Assembly (NCBI RefSeq): GCF_009914755.1
Contig: NC_060930.1
Direction: 5' to 3' (one strand)
From: the human T2T-CHM13v2.0 reference genome, Homo sapiens
DNA length: 64,000 nt
The notes beneath the pieces were generated by a model that ran no database searches, had not been told where the DNA came from, and saw only the letters and a list, made by a program, of their open reading frames with translations. This document shows positions 1 to 13,829 of the stretch, piece after piece. The number at the start of each line of letters is the position of its first letter. Position 1 is the stretch's first letter. The translations under genes and the position numbers were made by a program.

Positions 1-659
1 CCCCAGTGGCTGTGTTACAGGTGCTCTCTTAGTTTGCAGTTTATAGGTGGCTTGTGTTAACCAGCTCAATTAGACCCCGTTCCTTATCACAAGGACGGAG
101 GTTTTTCTGTATCCCGGGATTTCTTGCCTTGGTGTACCAGAAGAATCAGATCACACGTGGGCTTGAAGTGCAAAGTTTTATTGAGTGGAAGTAGCTCTCA
201 GCCTCAGCCAATGTGGATGCCAAAAGGGAGATGGTTTTCTTCTGGAGCTGGGCAGCTCAGTGGCCCCAACTTTCCTCCCACTGCCCTGGCCAAACTCCAT
301 CTCATCCCACAGGTGGATGGCCTGCCAGCCTGCCGGTGCCAGCTGTTGTGCTTTTCTGCCCGCAAGCTCTCAACTAACAGCCGCTTGTGTGTTAACCTCC
401 AACGTGTTCCTCAGGACATCCAGCCACTTCTGTGTCTCCCTGCTAGGGTCTCGGGGCTTTTATAGACACAGGATGGGACGTGGCAGGCCAGGGTGGTCTT
501 GGGAAATGGAACATTTGGGCAGGAAATGCCTGTCCTCACCTAGGTCCGTGGGGGTGGAGCCCTAGCCAGGGACCCGCCTTTCTCTACCCAGCACTTCACT
601 TCCCAGTTCCCAATCATTTAAAGGGACCAAGCTCTTCCCTTCAGAGTGCTCCACTATCA
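1..659 (-). mobile_element. ERV1 LTR (LTR28/LTR27/LTR1-like group), continuing past the left window edge
   Basis: Reverse complement begins TGATAGTGG and contains GGGAAGTGAAGTGCTGGGTAGAG...CCCTGGCTAGGGCTCCACCC...GGACCTAGGTGAGGACAGG. AATAAA on the minus strand near 177-182. GC-rich against the AT-rich flank. Confidence 0.7.
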
Positions 660-994
660 CTAATGATGGAACTAATTCTTTAATTTTCCTAAATGAAGAA
701 TAGATATTCATAGTACAAAATAATTGAATAGGGGCACTGGAACAGCAATTATTTCACCTTAACATCTTTAAAAAAACAGCTCAAGTTACCAATGAGTTGC
801 TCCTATGGGTTTAACTAGTATGAATTAATTAACAGCCAAGGAAGACAATATCACAATACTTTTAAAATTCTAAAGACTCAGTGTGTCTTCTAAATAATTT
901 AACAGAATAATGAAAACAGTTTAAAATAAATAACATGACCATTATGAAGTCCTAAATCTAAAACACTACTTTTAAAATAATTTTACTTTTAAAA

Positions 995-1142
995 ATTATT
1001 TTTAACTGATACATAGTAATTATACATATTTATGCAGTACAATGTGATGTTTCAATATATGTATGCATTGTGTAATGATCAAATTAGGGTAATTGGCATG
1101 TCTATCAACTCAAACGTTTATCATTTTTTTGTGTGTGGTGGG
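995..1142 (-). mobile_element. L1MA-type 3' end fragment
   Basis: tacatatttatg..gtacaatgtgatgttt..atgtatgcattgtgtaatgatcaaattagggtaattggcat matches the L1MA 3'UTR in antisense. Confidence 0.75.
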
Positions 1143-1879
1143 AATCAGATGCATCTTAAAATAGTTGTCTACAATTAATGTGACATATTTTCATTTTATC
1201 CAAAAGTCATTATTGAAATATTTTCCCTCAAAATTAATAAGCAATGAAGGTAGAATGCTATTTTCTTTTGAAAAGAAAATATGTGAGATAGAAAATTTGA
1301 GAAGTTACATGTGAGATCATTATTTTGTATTTGTTTTAAAAATAAGACAAACTAGATATAAAAAATTAACACATTAATTAATATATTTAAACATTTCTTG
1401 ATACCTCTAGTAGACTCTTTTCTAATCACAGAATTTTTATTGGCCACCTAATGTCAAGATCCTTCTATTCGCTGTTAGCGTTAGAGATTTCCCATGAATA
1501 AAAAGTAATTAACAATGTTTTCTTTTTGTTTCAGAAAATAGCCAACTTACTTTCTGTTTTCACAAAATGTACTTCTTAAAATACAATCTTTTTACCAAAA
1601 TGATTTAGTCTCGGTTCAATAGGAATTTACATTTTCCTTCTTTCAGAACTTCACACTTCATACAGATTCCAATCAATGCCTCTATGAGTGTTTTAGGCAA
1701 TTTGAATTGATAGTTAACTTGCAGAAAACTCTTAGGATTTCTTCTTGTCTGCTTTGGGAGATGAAGAAAATGCGGTTCTGTTGAAATGGATGCCAAATAG
1801 GGGTACCTGTGTTCAAAGGTTGTATCTCTAGTTCTGCTGTAAACTTGGGGACTGCAGACTTTATTTTTTTAAACTATGC

Positions 1880-2030
1880 TTAATGGTTAAAAGCCTGAAC
1901 CCTGCGGATAGACAGATCTGAATTTGAATTTGGCCCCAGCACATATTTGGCTGCATGATTCAAGAAAAATTAATTAAATTATTAGACTTATTTTCCTCTC
2001 TTGAAAAATGTTTATAGTGATCGTGTATCA
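1880..2030 (+). mobile_element. MIR fragment
   Basis: Degenerate MIR core: ggttaaaagc..agacagatctgaatttgaat..ttttcctctcttgaaaaatg. Confidence 0.5.
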
Positions 2031-3034
2031 CAATAAATAGAAGAAATTGATTGGCAAATAAGCATTTAATGGACATATTAATATATTTGTTATTTCTGCT
2101 GTTATAGCTGTTTATCAGTAAATTTATACTCGACATAATAACTTCTGAAACAGTTTTACCCTTCTCCTGCAACCGCCCGCTAGTCCATGGTATTATAATT
2201 TCAAAAACATTATTATTTCACTGTGCTACTTTAAAAAATCCTCCCTTTTTTCAATCTATCTTATTTTTTCTCTGAATCATTCCTTAATCTCTATAAACCT
2301 GAGCAGGAAGACTCTTAATACTTGTTTCCAGTGTTTTCCATATTGCTTTTGTACAGTATGTTTGCTAAACCATTGATAAACAATTTTAAATGATGCTATA
2401 GATCTACGCACTAAATGTTGAATAAAATAAAAGGCAGCAACAATTAAAGATGAGTTCAGGCCATTTCATCAACTGATGTATTGTTCATCAAGATTATATT
2501 GAACAAAGACAATAAATGCAGTCATGGTGACATACACTGTTCCAATCTTTTTAGCATTTAAATCAGGAGAAAATACGTCTTGATCAAGCAACACTATCTA
2601 ATTGGTGGGGATCCTAGCATGTCATTGCCTGGATTTTTGATGCAAAAAGAGACAGACTCCAAGGATTAAGAATTAGACTAGGGAATGCAACTTGGTCATT
2701 TATTTGATTTGTGGTGATTTTATTATGGATACAGAGCATATTCTTCTTACATTGAACACTTTATTGAAGCTAAGGGGTGCCGCACATTGCTTGAAAAGGT
2801 TAGCCTATCCCAATGAGCAAATAGGCATGTACTATGTCAAGAGGAGGACTTGAACTTTCTGACAGCCTTTCCAGCATGAGAAGGAAGAGCTTCAAGATGT
2901 CTCACCTAGAAATCCAGACGCATACCCTATTATTTATGCAGCACATTTTATGGAGGTAGTCTGAAACTGGCTTTAAATACTTAAAAGGACAATGGTATTG
3001 TATTGTCCAGAGGGTTAATACTTGATGATGTAGC

Positions 3035-3801
3035 TGAAATGGTTTAAATGTGTGTCCCCTCCAAATATCACGTTGAAATGTGATCCAGTGATGTTTGAGA
3101 TGGGGCCTATTGGGAGGTGTTGGATCATGGGGAGGGACCACTCACGAATGGCTTGGCACCATCCCCTTGGTGATGAGTGAGTTCTCGCACAGTTACTTTC
3201 GCTGGAGAGCTGGTTGTTTAAAAGAGCCTGGCTCCTCCTCTTCCTCCTCCTGCTCCTTCTCCTTCTCCTCCTCCTCTTTCCCTTCCCCTTCCCCTTCCCC
3301 TTCTCCTTCTCCTTCCTCTTCTCCTTCCCCTTCTCCTTCCCCTTCCCCTTCTCCTTCTCCTTCTCCTTCCTCTTCCCCTTCTCCTTCTCCTTCTCCTTCC
3401 TCTTCTCCTTCCCCTTCTCCTTCCCCTTCCTCTTCTCCTCCCTCTTCTCCTTCCCCTTCTCCTTCCCCTTCCCCTTCTCCTCCTCCTTCTCCTTCCTCTT
3501 CCCCTTCTCCTTCTCCTTCCTCTTCTCCTTCCCCTTCTCCTTCCCCTTCCCCTACTCCTCCTCCTTCTTCTTTCTCTCTCTCTCTCCCCCACTGTCACTT
3601 TCCCTCTCTTCACGTGACAGGCTGTCTCCCCTCTGCCTTCCACCATAACTACAAACTTCCTGAGGCCTCCCCAGAAGCGGAGGCCATGCTGGTGCTGTGC
3701 TTGTATAGTCTGCAGAACCATGAGCCAAATAAACCTCTTTTCTTTATAAATTACCCAGCCCCAGGTGTTCCTTTATAGCAATACAAATAAACAGTAACTC
3801 A
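3035..3801 (+). mobile_element. MST (MSTB-like) ERVL-MaLR solo LTR with an expanded internal simple repeat
   Basis: tgaaatggtttaaatgtgtgtcccctccaaa...gaatggcttggcaccatccccttggtgatgagtgagttctc...cctgaggcctccccagaagc...gagccaaataaacctcttttctttataaattaccc. Confidence 0.85.
3232..3590 (+). repeat. (TCTCCT/TCCCCT)n polypyrimidine tract
   Basis: About 360 bp of almost pure C/T built from hexamer variants. It generates the poly-SP, poly-FP/FS and poly-RG ORFs in the track. Confidence 0.95.
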
Positions 3802-3839
3802 TAGATTTACCAGGAGTCAAACACTTGATAAGAGGAAGT

Positions 3840-4090
3840 ATAATAGTGTCATCAAGAAGACAGGTTTTGAGCTCAGATAGCTATGATCAGTATCAGGGCC
3901 CATCACTTACTAGTTGTTTGACCTTGGGCAAAATAGTTGATCTCTTAAGGTCTCATTTTTCTCACCTATAAAATGAAGCATTAACTCCTGCCTTATTAGG
4001 GGATGGTGAAAATAAAGTGAAATAATATAGATAAAACTCTCACAGTGCATGGCCATTAGTAAGTGCTCCCAAATAAGAGCCTCTATTATT
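3840..4090 (+). mobile_element. MIR, near full length
   Basis: cacttactagttgtttgaccttgggcaa...tctcatttttctcacctataaaatg...agtaagtgctc...tattatt. Confidence 0.8.
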
Positions 4091-4998
4091 TATAGATGTT
4101 TTGACTATTTAAATGGCAAATAATACAACATATTTGTTATCCTAACAAAATAGCAATCTCTGTTTTATGTGTTTTCATTTACTTGCAGGAGTTGAGAACT
4201 TCCTTACATCGAAATCACATTACAAACAATGAAGATAAAAAATGTTTATTAGTACTCATTGTGTTTAATATTTCTTGATTGTTTTTGTTTTGTGAAGCAT
4301 CTTGCTGGAGACATGACATGACTCTAACCAAGGCTTGGTCTTTTAGGCATTTATTTTTGTGCCTGTTCTAGAACAGGAGTAATAAAGACAGGCAAAATAA
4401 TATTTCTAATTAGGTTAATTATGCTTAGTCAGTTAATCACAAGGTGCATAAATTTATCTCTAAACTGCATGAGCCTAGAAGCTCCTTACTGAAAACCACA
4501 CGTTTTTCATTCAAAATTGGGGAAAGTGAGGGCAAAATATATTTAAGGTTTTTTGCCTAGATACATTTTGCTCTGATTTGATTTTAATAGAACAAGTCTG
4601 GCAAGAATAAGGCCATGGTATTCTGTCAGTTAATTAATGGTTCCTATCAGTGAATAACATCAATTTGATGTATTTCATTATCCTTGTAAATTAGAAGGCG
4701 CTGTTTGGACCTGCATGGAGATGTGAATGGCAGGGAGCCACACCCATTCTGCCTGATCTATTGCACTCACAGTTCAGCTGTGGGGACCACCCTTTGTGAC
4801 CATCTCAGTATCTTTATGCCAGATTTTCATTTAAATTGGCACATTTAATTGTAGACAGACATAGTAAGCCTTCTCTAAAACTTGTCATTTATCCTGTTTG
4901 TATCCTAACCTTTTCCATAGTATAAGCGGAGAGTGCTATCTACATCCCCAAATAGTGTATCAATCCTACAGATAAATGTTTGTAACAGTTTCCAAGAG

Positions 4999-5126
4999 GG
5001 TGAAAATAAAATTAAATTATCTGAATAAAGCTCTCATAGTGCATGACATACAATAAGTGTTCCCAGAGTAGCCACTATTATTTGTAGATGTTTTGAATAT
5101 TTAAGTGGTAAGCAATACAATATATT
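4999..5126 (+). repeat. Diverged local duplicate of 4005-4134
   Basis: Direct alignment; 45/52 identity in the terminal part, which extends beyond the MIR end. Confidence 0.85.
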
Positions 5127-5834
5127 AAATTGGCCATTGCATTTTCCTTAGGCCTATTTGATTAAGGAATATTGACTTTTTAAATTTGTTTTGCTTATTT
5201 TCTTTGTTTGTCTCATTAACTAAATCTATATTAAAGGAATCAGTTTTTGATGTGCTTCTCTCCGCCCCCACTAAAGTCTAGTCCTCCTTAAAATAAGATC
5301 AATTCAGAAAGGAATGCCTAAAAGCAGATGTAACATTTTCTGCTGAATTTAAAAACCATTTTTCTCTATATAAAACACCTTGTGAATAAATTCATTATTA
5401 TTAACTGCTTACAGCATGTTTATCTGTGCCTTTGGCAATATAAGTAACGCCAATCTGTCTATATGCTGATGAGACATATGGCAAACAAAGGCAGATATAA
5501 ATTTGGGTCAGGAGACACATTTTAGTCTTTTGGACATAGAGTTCTGTAGACTCTGCTGATGTGAACTGGGCAATGTTGCATATTTTCTGGAAGGCCCAAT
5601 TCTGAGGTAGTACTAACTTTCTTCAGGCTACCATGTAGGTCTTTCCTGAAAGAAACAGTTTATTCCAAGTGTGACTAATTTATTCCTAATTAAGCTCATT
5701 ACATTATGGACATTTTAAATAGAGTTTGATGGATTCTTGAGCTGGCATTTTGTAAAGGTCACGATTAGTGAATTTTAAGTTAATGGACTCTACTAAAAAA
5801 TTCTACTGTTGCTGATCCAACTTAGCAATTAATA

Positions 5835-6035
5835 TTCAGACTGACTTACCTAACACACTTCTCAGCGGTGTGACCTTGAGTACGTTGTTTTACTTTTTGT
5901 GACTCACATTTCTCAAAAGTAAACTGGAGGCAATAACAATATTCCTAAAGTAAGTAATTTTGACTATTAAATCAAGTCAAATAACTAATGTAAAGTTATT
6001 TGCAGTGTCAAAATATTCACTCAGTATGTTATTCA
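5835..6035 (+). mobile_element. MIR fragment
   Basis: agcggtgtgaccttgagtacgttg...ctcacatttctcaaaagtaaactggaggcaataac. Confidence 0.6.
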
Positions 6036-7349
6036 ATGACGGTGAAATGTATTAATACTCTTAGATAAGTCTTTGAGATCAAACATACATTGTTGTGAAA
6101 ATAAGAAAGCAAAGCAAAGAAGCCAATGAGCATTATAGAAGCAAATAAGAGCTTCTAGTCAAGCACCTCCATGGTCTTTCTTGCTTTCTAGGTTAAGGAT
6201 AAACAGGGTAGGTGGAATAGCAATGTAGGCTGAGGGCTGAGAGGCAGGGTAGACGGTTCCATCATGAGCCTGATCCTGTATGGAGTGAACTCCCTCTACA
6301 CATTCTTTACACATTGAAAATAAAAGCAAAAACGACGATGACAAAAATGAATTACTATCTAGATTCTAGTTGTTATAGTGAAAGGAATTATTGATGTAAC
6401 TGGCTTTCAATATGAAAGTTTTCATCAGTAAATCATCCCACTTTTTGCTTTGATGAGGATTAATCTTGCAATTTTAACTTATTGGCGCCAATTTTTCTTT
6501 CTCTGAAACTTCCTATAGAGTTAAACCTTCAAGCTCCAGTGAAGTTGGCTGACATTTCGTTATTTTTGTGTCTCATCAAATTATTTACCTTGCCAGGCAT
6601 TTACCACCCACTCTTCTTCTGTAATTTCAATTCAAATTTATTTTAAAGAACAAATGTCTTGCCCTTGCTGATGAGAAAAGAACATTAGCGGGGAAACAGA
6701 GGAGAAAAACATAAGAAACTCATTAGAAAAAGAGGCATCATTTTTGTCACACCATTTGGGATATCATAGATTTGATGGGGAGGCACTGATGGAATATCCA
6801 AGCAAGTAAATCCAATTTTTAGAGGGTGCAATGCTCAGTTCTGCAAGGATTCTTAACTCTCATCTACTGAATTATGGCATCACATTTGTCTTGCCTCTGC
6901 CAAGAAATTCACTTGTAAATATTTCTAATATATACATACCTTTTAAGATAGTTCAATTTTTTGAGGCGCGAGAATGTCCTCTATTTCATTATGTTTATTT
7001 TTGGTCTCTCATGATGAAGCGAGTTGAAGCTGGCGTGCCTGGATGTGCTGCATAGGCGTAGATTACATGCACATTCTCACACTTCCTACTCCACTTTGCT
7101 TCTTCCTTCTGCCCCTCCACACCTGGCTGCCACCACCACATGCCCAAACAACACAAGGAAACAGTCTAAAAATGACCGAGCTATGAGTTTTTATATTAAA
7201 AGTGCATGGAAAGTTTTGAAATCATTAGTGCGATGCCACCTAATACTTTAATGTATCACAGCAATTATATTTTCATGCAAATTTATTAAATCACAACATA
7301 TTCCAGACAACCTCTCCAAACTAGGTAACTAAGGTTAGTTTGAGGTCCT

Positions 7350-7530
7350 TAAGGGGGATGTGCGATGCAGTGTCAGAATGGTCTCTGCGTTCAAAGAGAC
7401 CTGGGACAAAGTGTGCTTCCCCACTTAGCAACCTCGTTAAGTTATCTTACGCAAAGTTTAGCTGGCACATTTGTAACATGTCGATAGTGACATTTATCAA
7501 ATAGGATTAAAGGGGACAGGTGTATAAATC
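7350..7530 (+). mobile_element. MIR fragment
   Basis: gcagtg..agaatgg..agacctggg..cacttagc..catttgtaacatg. Confidence 0.45.
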
Positions 7531-7799
7531 TCTTTCCTTTGAGAAAATGGCAAAACCAAAATTGTCTTCCTAGTTTTATGTGTGGTTTTTACAGCAGTGA
7601 CAACAAAATCATTGTTGGCTATGTGAACATTAACTCCAGGTCACACTTGCTCCAACAGGAGGCTTAGCAGGGGTCTTTCCATTCCACTGGCAGAAAGGAA
7701 TGATGGATAGCAGGGGAAATAAAATACATGTGTAGATCTCTGCCTCATCCAAATATCCTGCTGAAATACCAGCACGGGGGGAACAGAAAGAAATGAGCC

Positions 7800-8810
7800 A
7801 CCAGGCAAAGAGCTCAGGAAAGGAAGCAACAGTAAATGAGAAACATCAGTAAATTTTTAGAGGCTGAGAAACAGATGTATTAGCAGTCAGAGGCTTAGCA
7901 GAGCTGAGAAAGCTGAAATCCAGGGCAGCAGAAGAAAATACCATTTAGAAACGAGCTAATTTACAGAGCAGAACCCATTAAAGGCTAAGGAATTAGAAGC
8001 TCTATAAGCCTCAGGATGTGGAGGCAAGAGCTGGGGTGAACACTGGGAGGTTAATTGTGTGTCTCCATAAGAAGCCCTTAGACCCTTTAGAAGAAATTCT
8101 TCTTCATCTGTGCTTAATAAAACTACCCCTGTGACATTTATTCAATGCATAACTAGAACTAGAGGGAATAATGACAGAAGGAAGGGTAGGAACTAAGGTA
8201 TCTTATTAGAAACAGAAATTAGATAGAAGTTTATGTACTTTATACCCCCTTCCACTGTTTCACTTTCTAAGAATGTTGAAAATTCTTTGTAAAAGTTTAG
8301 TGGCTCAAAGAAAATACCTACAGACATTGCTTTTTGGAAGAAGCCAAGTGTAACATTTGGTTCTTGCCCAGTTTCCTTTGGTTAAGCCCACTAGTTGACC
8401 ACCTCTTGCTCCAGTACACAGAGATTTTTAACTGGCTTTGTAGTGCCTAATGAATAAAGAAAGTAACTCTTAAGGAAAAAAAGGTAATTCATGGAAAAGA
8501 AAGCATCAAAGAAGTGATAATATCTTCCAAGAGAAGAAAAAATCTAGGCACCCACAAAACAACCACTAGATGCTTTTTCCTGGAAAACAGACAAAGAAAG
8601 ATCTCATAAGTGTCGCCCCTCCCCCTTATTCCTATGAATGTAGAAAAAAATCAAGTTGGTGAAATTTTTTAGAAAGAACAGGCAAATATATAAAAACTGC
8701 AGAAAAAAAGACAAGACAATTAGAGGATCATTGCAGGAGAGTCCAACATCCAAACAATAGAAGTTCCAGGAAAAGAAAACAGAATTTTTCTCAGAAAAAT
8801 TCAGAACCTT
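7800..8810 (+). mobile_element. Ancient L1M 5'UTR/ORF1 remnant
   Basis: A-rich; ttagaggatca..ggagagtccaacatccaaacaatagaagttccaggaaaagaaaacagaa resembles old L1 ORF1. Confidence 0.55.
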
Positions 8811-9099
8811 CTATACCTATCAGAACCTTCATCAGAGCCTTCTATACCCACCACCATTGAAGAGTAGGCCCCTACCATGCCGAGAGTAACAAATGACCTC
8901 CTGAGGAGTTTAAACTCCATCATTAGCCTTCAATACAGAAACTGTGCACTGATGTTTCAGCTCACCCTTCCAGCAACCCACAAGTAAAAGTGGGGATCTT
9001 ATACTCTCATCAGCAGGGGTCAACAAGGTATCATAGAGTGGGACTAAACAGCTTCTGTAGATCTCATTATTTCCATGAACGAGTGTCAACAAAGGAATC

Positions 9100-10500
9100 C
9101 AGACACCTGTTCTTTCCTTTACCCCAACATCCAAAGCTTCACCACTATCATCTTCCTTGAATCCACAGTGACTTATAAATATTATTACACCTTTTCTTCC
9201 TTTTAATGTTAATCATCTCTCATCTTTTACACTAATTTTCACAAAGGTCAACTATCCTCTGTTCTACTCCTTTTCTCCATTCTTTCAAAAATTCTGAAAG
9301 CTTTTTCACGATTTCATCTAGATATTATGGCTCATCATTATCAAATGTTATGTATGCTCTTCTCTGATTACAATATGCTCTTCCTCTGTAATTATTTCAC
9401 CTTCTTGCTCTAACAGAATTCTGAGTGTTCTGACTACTCCACCTTCTTTGCAGCCCTCTTAAGTGGTAACTTTTATATTCTACCCAAGGGCATGTGTTGA
9501 GGAAATGTCCTTATTATTCCTCCTTGCTGTTTTCAAACCATTCTCCTTCCCTCCTCCCTAAAATCCTCTGTCTTTGAATATCATCTCATTAGATTGTATC
9601 CTCAACATGATTATCATCTAAGAGGGTCCTTGTCTCATTCTCACTGATTCCTTGATGATCCACATTTTTATTCCCTGTCACTCTTTCTGACATTACTTCT
9701 GATTTTCTTCCTGTTGATTTTAAGATACACATGGATAATATTTCTAACACATTGGCCTTTTTCTTTCTAAGACTCCTCTGCTTCAGTAATGTTACCCTTC
9801 GCCCTCCCTCAGTCATAACTCTGGTGGTCGTATTCTAGGATTTTTCATTGTCAATAACTGCAACCCCTCCATAATTTCAGTTTTATACATTTCTTGCTGA
9901 CTGCCTCCACTAACATTTCACCTGACTTCATCTGACACTTTAACAGTCTTTCAACCCTACCAGGACCTCCAATTCTTAGGTCCTCCCTCATTTTTATTCC
10001 CTAACATTCTATTTTTTTTTCTTTATTCATCTGAAATTCCATGGTCAATCACTGCAGTCACCCTTGACTCTCTCAATCCCATTCTTCTCCCTGGTTCTTG
10101 TCGGGTAAAATCTCAAAAATGACTATGTCAGACTTTCTGCCTATACCATGCCTGCCCCTATGAATGTAGCTGGAGTTAAATTCACAGCTTTATTATTCTC
10201 GTTTTAAATCAGAACCAAAAACTTCAACCTGTTTTTAAAACTGACCAGTCATCATACCATATGCTCAGGAATCATACTGTATTACTGTAGTATACTTCAT
10301 GCATTCTCCCACTCTCCCAAAAGATATTTCACATTTTTTTCTCTGCCTTCTGAACTTCTAACGTCTCTTCCTCTATCTCTCCTCTCAGCTGATCACTGTA
10401 CCTCCTACTTTCCTTTAAAATTTGAAGTACTGGAAGAAAATTGCTACACATTGTCATCTCCACATCTATCTGCAACCTATGTTAGTAATCCTATATTCTG
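9100..10500 (+). mobile_element. L2 LINE body (ORF2 region remnant)
   Basis: Long pyrimidine-rich L2-like sequence (cttcttgctctaacagaa, aaattccatggtcaatcact, ctctcagctgatcactgtacctcctacttt). Confidence 0.7.
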
Positions 10501-10507
10501 TTTTAAC

Positions 10508-10608
10508 CCATTCCACAGCTTTATTAAGCACCTCTGAATAAGCTAGGGCATAGAGACGCAAACATGAATCCAGCATGGTTCTTGCCTTCACAGAGTGCGT
10601 GGTCTCAA
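10508..10608 (-). mobile_element. L2 3' end fragment
   Basis: cattccacagctttattaagcacct...catggttcttgccttcacagag. Confidence 0.6.
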
Positions 10609-11119
10609 TATCTGGTCCAGCAGCCTTCAGGGAAGGTAGAATTCAATTGTCTTTCCTCTGGGGAAAAGACAACTTTATTACCTCTGCCCTGTTATTTACT
10701 GAAGGTTTAGAACTAGCAAACTCCTCTTTCAACTTTTATCCACCTGACAGCAGAGTGGAGAATTAAACAGCACATAATTATTCAAATTAGCAAGTATTAA
10801 ATTCAGCTTATAATAATAAAGAAAAAGAGCATGGCACTGCTGATTACTGCAAATGATTAAGACTTCTGAGTAAGCGATGAGTGCTTGTACTTAAGGGCCG
10901 GCTGGTCCCATGGTGATGGCACAGTGCCATCTGCTGGAGTGCCAGTCCTGGCTCAAAATGTGATCCAACCAGAGAACGTGCTTCAAGAGTTGTGTAATTG
11001 GACTGACAATTCTGTTTCTGAAATCATGTCTAATTACAAAACTACTCAAAGATTTAACCTTCCTCAAGTCAGAAAAGAGGTTCAATCTGAGAGAAGAGAC
11101 ACAGTGTCCTGATATGAAT

Positions 11120-11300
11120 CATAATGAATGTATAATTTTGAGAGCTAAAAGGGACTTTTGAGATCAGCTGGACCAAACTATTCAATCATTTTATAGATGA
11201 GAAGAGTGGGGTCCAGATGTCACATATGACTTCTCAAAGGTGATATTATAAGCATGGGATGGTGCTGGATCTAGAACTCTTAAATCAGTTATCCTTCTTC
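11120..11300 (-). mobile_element. MIR/MIR3 fragment
   Basis: gagagctaaaagggacttttgagatca...cattttatagatgagaa...tgacttctcaaaggt. Confidence 0.65.
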
Positions 11301-11397
11301 CACATGTATATTTTGTTCCTTATTTTCTACACTCAGCCGGCTGTTTTCTGTTAGGTGCTATATTATGTATTATCTAAATTATATTTATATTTCTTAG

Positions 11398-11632
11398 TAT
11401 TTATTTATTTATAATTTTTATTTTACTTTAAGTTCTGTGATACAGGTGCAGAACATGCAGGTTTGTTACATTGGTATACGTGTGCCATGGTGGTTTGCTG
11501 CACCCATCAACCCATCATCTAAGTTTTAAGCCCCACATGCATTAACTATTTGTCCTGATGTGCTCCCTCCCCTCCCCACCACTGACAGACCCCAGTGTGT
11601 ATTGTTCCCCTCCCTGTGTCCATGTGTTCTCA
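11398..11632 (-). mobile_element. L1PA (about PA8-10) 3' end, strongly 5'-truncated
   Basis: tactttaagttctg.gataca.gtgcagaacatgcaggtttgttaca...gtgtgccatggtggtttgctgcacccatcaaccc...ccctgtgtccatgtgttctca. Confidence 0.9.
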
Positions 11633-13089
11633 AATAAGTATGTATATTAAAAACTTAACTTCTTTATAAATGGATACGAGAGGTGTTCTAATTCAATTTC
11701 AGTTTTCATTTTACTGATGACAGTTACCTAAGGAAACGTTCACATTTCCTGACTCCTAGCCAGTGCTCTTTCTCCTATTTCAGTGTTGTTTTAAAAGACT
11801 ATCTCAAACACAGACATGGCTGGTTAATTACAAAACAAAATAAAACGAACAAAAAGCCAACTAAATTGCATACCTTGAATTTCTGACAGCTTATAATAGC
11901 ATTATTTTTAGTTTTTAAATAAAAATTATTATAGTTCTGAAAAGCTGTGCTCTCTCACAAAAGCCAGAATATTATAAATTTAGTTCTCCATTAATGCCTG
12001 GAAAAATTACTTCTTGCTGGTGCCAAAACCATGCTATAGTGACATTAAATGACAAACAGATGTTTTTGTATTGTGTTGTTCAAGAACCATGTTAATGAGA
12101 TGAATATACTTGGAAATTTGGAAATATGCAATCAGATATGTTTCTATCTTACTAGATCTTACTTGTAAATGGGTTTGTGGAAATAAATTCAGATGCTATT
12201 TGAAAAGATGTGTCTCATGAGGTAATAAATATTTCTCTAGTAGAAAAGCAATATGGAAGGAGAAAAAATACATTAAAGTAATGTTTTTCCCAGCCAATAA
12301 TTTGTAAAACATATATTCTTATTATATACCTTTCATAGGCAAACAAATCTAATTTTAAAACTAGTGATATGAATTTGTTTATTGGACAAGTGTTATTTAA
12401 TTCCTATCACATGTTGGGCATCTGCCCACAATGCTAGGTGCTGCCATCACACAAATAAAAGAGCCCAAGAACTCACGGTGTAGGGATATAACACCGTGTC
12501 AACCAAAAAAAATCATTTGATGTTTTAAGATAATAGAAAAATCCTTCCTCATCCTGGATAAGAATCCTCTCCTGGTTTTCCTTCTGCATATCTCTGTTTT
12601 ACTAAAGATATCTTTCATGAAATAGGCTGGCTCTAAACCTCCAGGACATGTTTGAGACACAAAAGGAACATAAAACGACTTTCCATTTTTCATTCAATAT
12701 TTGCATATATTCATCTATCATTTATTTTTACAATTATCAGGGATTTATGATGGTTGCTTTCTCTAGATCAATCTGGACATAAGTAATCTTTGTAATCGTT
12801 AGCTTTTCTTCCACTATTACAGCTATTTATATCTCTTGTAACACTCTTTCAAGAATCAATGTGGTACAGTATGCTACTCATTTTATTAACAAATTAGAGC
12901 CTCTATGAATACTTTATGATGCCAGTTTCGCAAATCTATCCATGACTAGATGTGTCCCCAACCAACCTTTTGGTTAAAGTCTCTTTTTAACATTTGAATG
13001 ATTCTTTAAATCTGGTCCTCATCTTGTCACCTGTCAGCTGTTCCACTGGACACATTACAGTCATAAGTCTTATTTTAAAAGGTAGGCAG

Positions 13090-13475
<386 letters not shown>

Positions 13476-13829
13476 TTAACCATGAAATTGCTGAGATAAT
13501 AATTTTCTAGGTAGACTTCTATATTTTGTTTTTATTGTTAAGTCAATGTAAGATTGCAATAGAATGCCTCTTGACTGGTAATGGAGATCAATATTCAAAC
13601 CTAATACTTAAATCCCAAGTGACAAGAAGATGACTAAAAATAACACAGGCTGCAAAAGTCTGAGTCATATAATGTCACTGAAGGGAACAATCAGAGGTTT
13701 GGTGAAATAGTATTTTTGTGAAGCAGTCTATTTAAAATGACCTGATGGTATTTATAATACTGAGCCGATCATCTCAAAAAATGATTCTCTAGATTGAATA
13801 AAGAGAATGTATTCAATATAAGAGCCAGT

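Noticed and set aside
124-683. Overlapping 113/126/67-aa ORFs
   Set aside because: All lie within a GC-rich LTR, with no recognisable domain.
3095-3778. 227-aa Ser/Pro-rich and 167-aa Arg/Gly-rich ORFs (extensin- or protamine-like)
   Set aside because: Artefacts of a stop-free simple repeat inside an MST LTR.
10885-11112. 75-aa ORF in non-repeat DNA
   Set aside because: Non-ATG start, no recognisable homology and no convincing splice sites.
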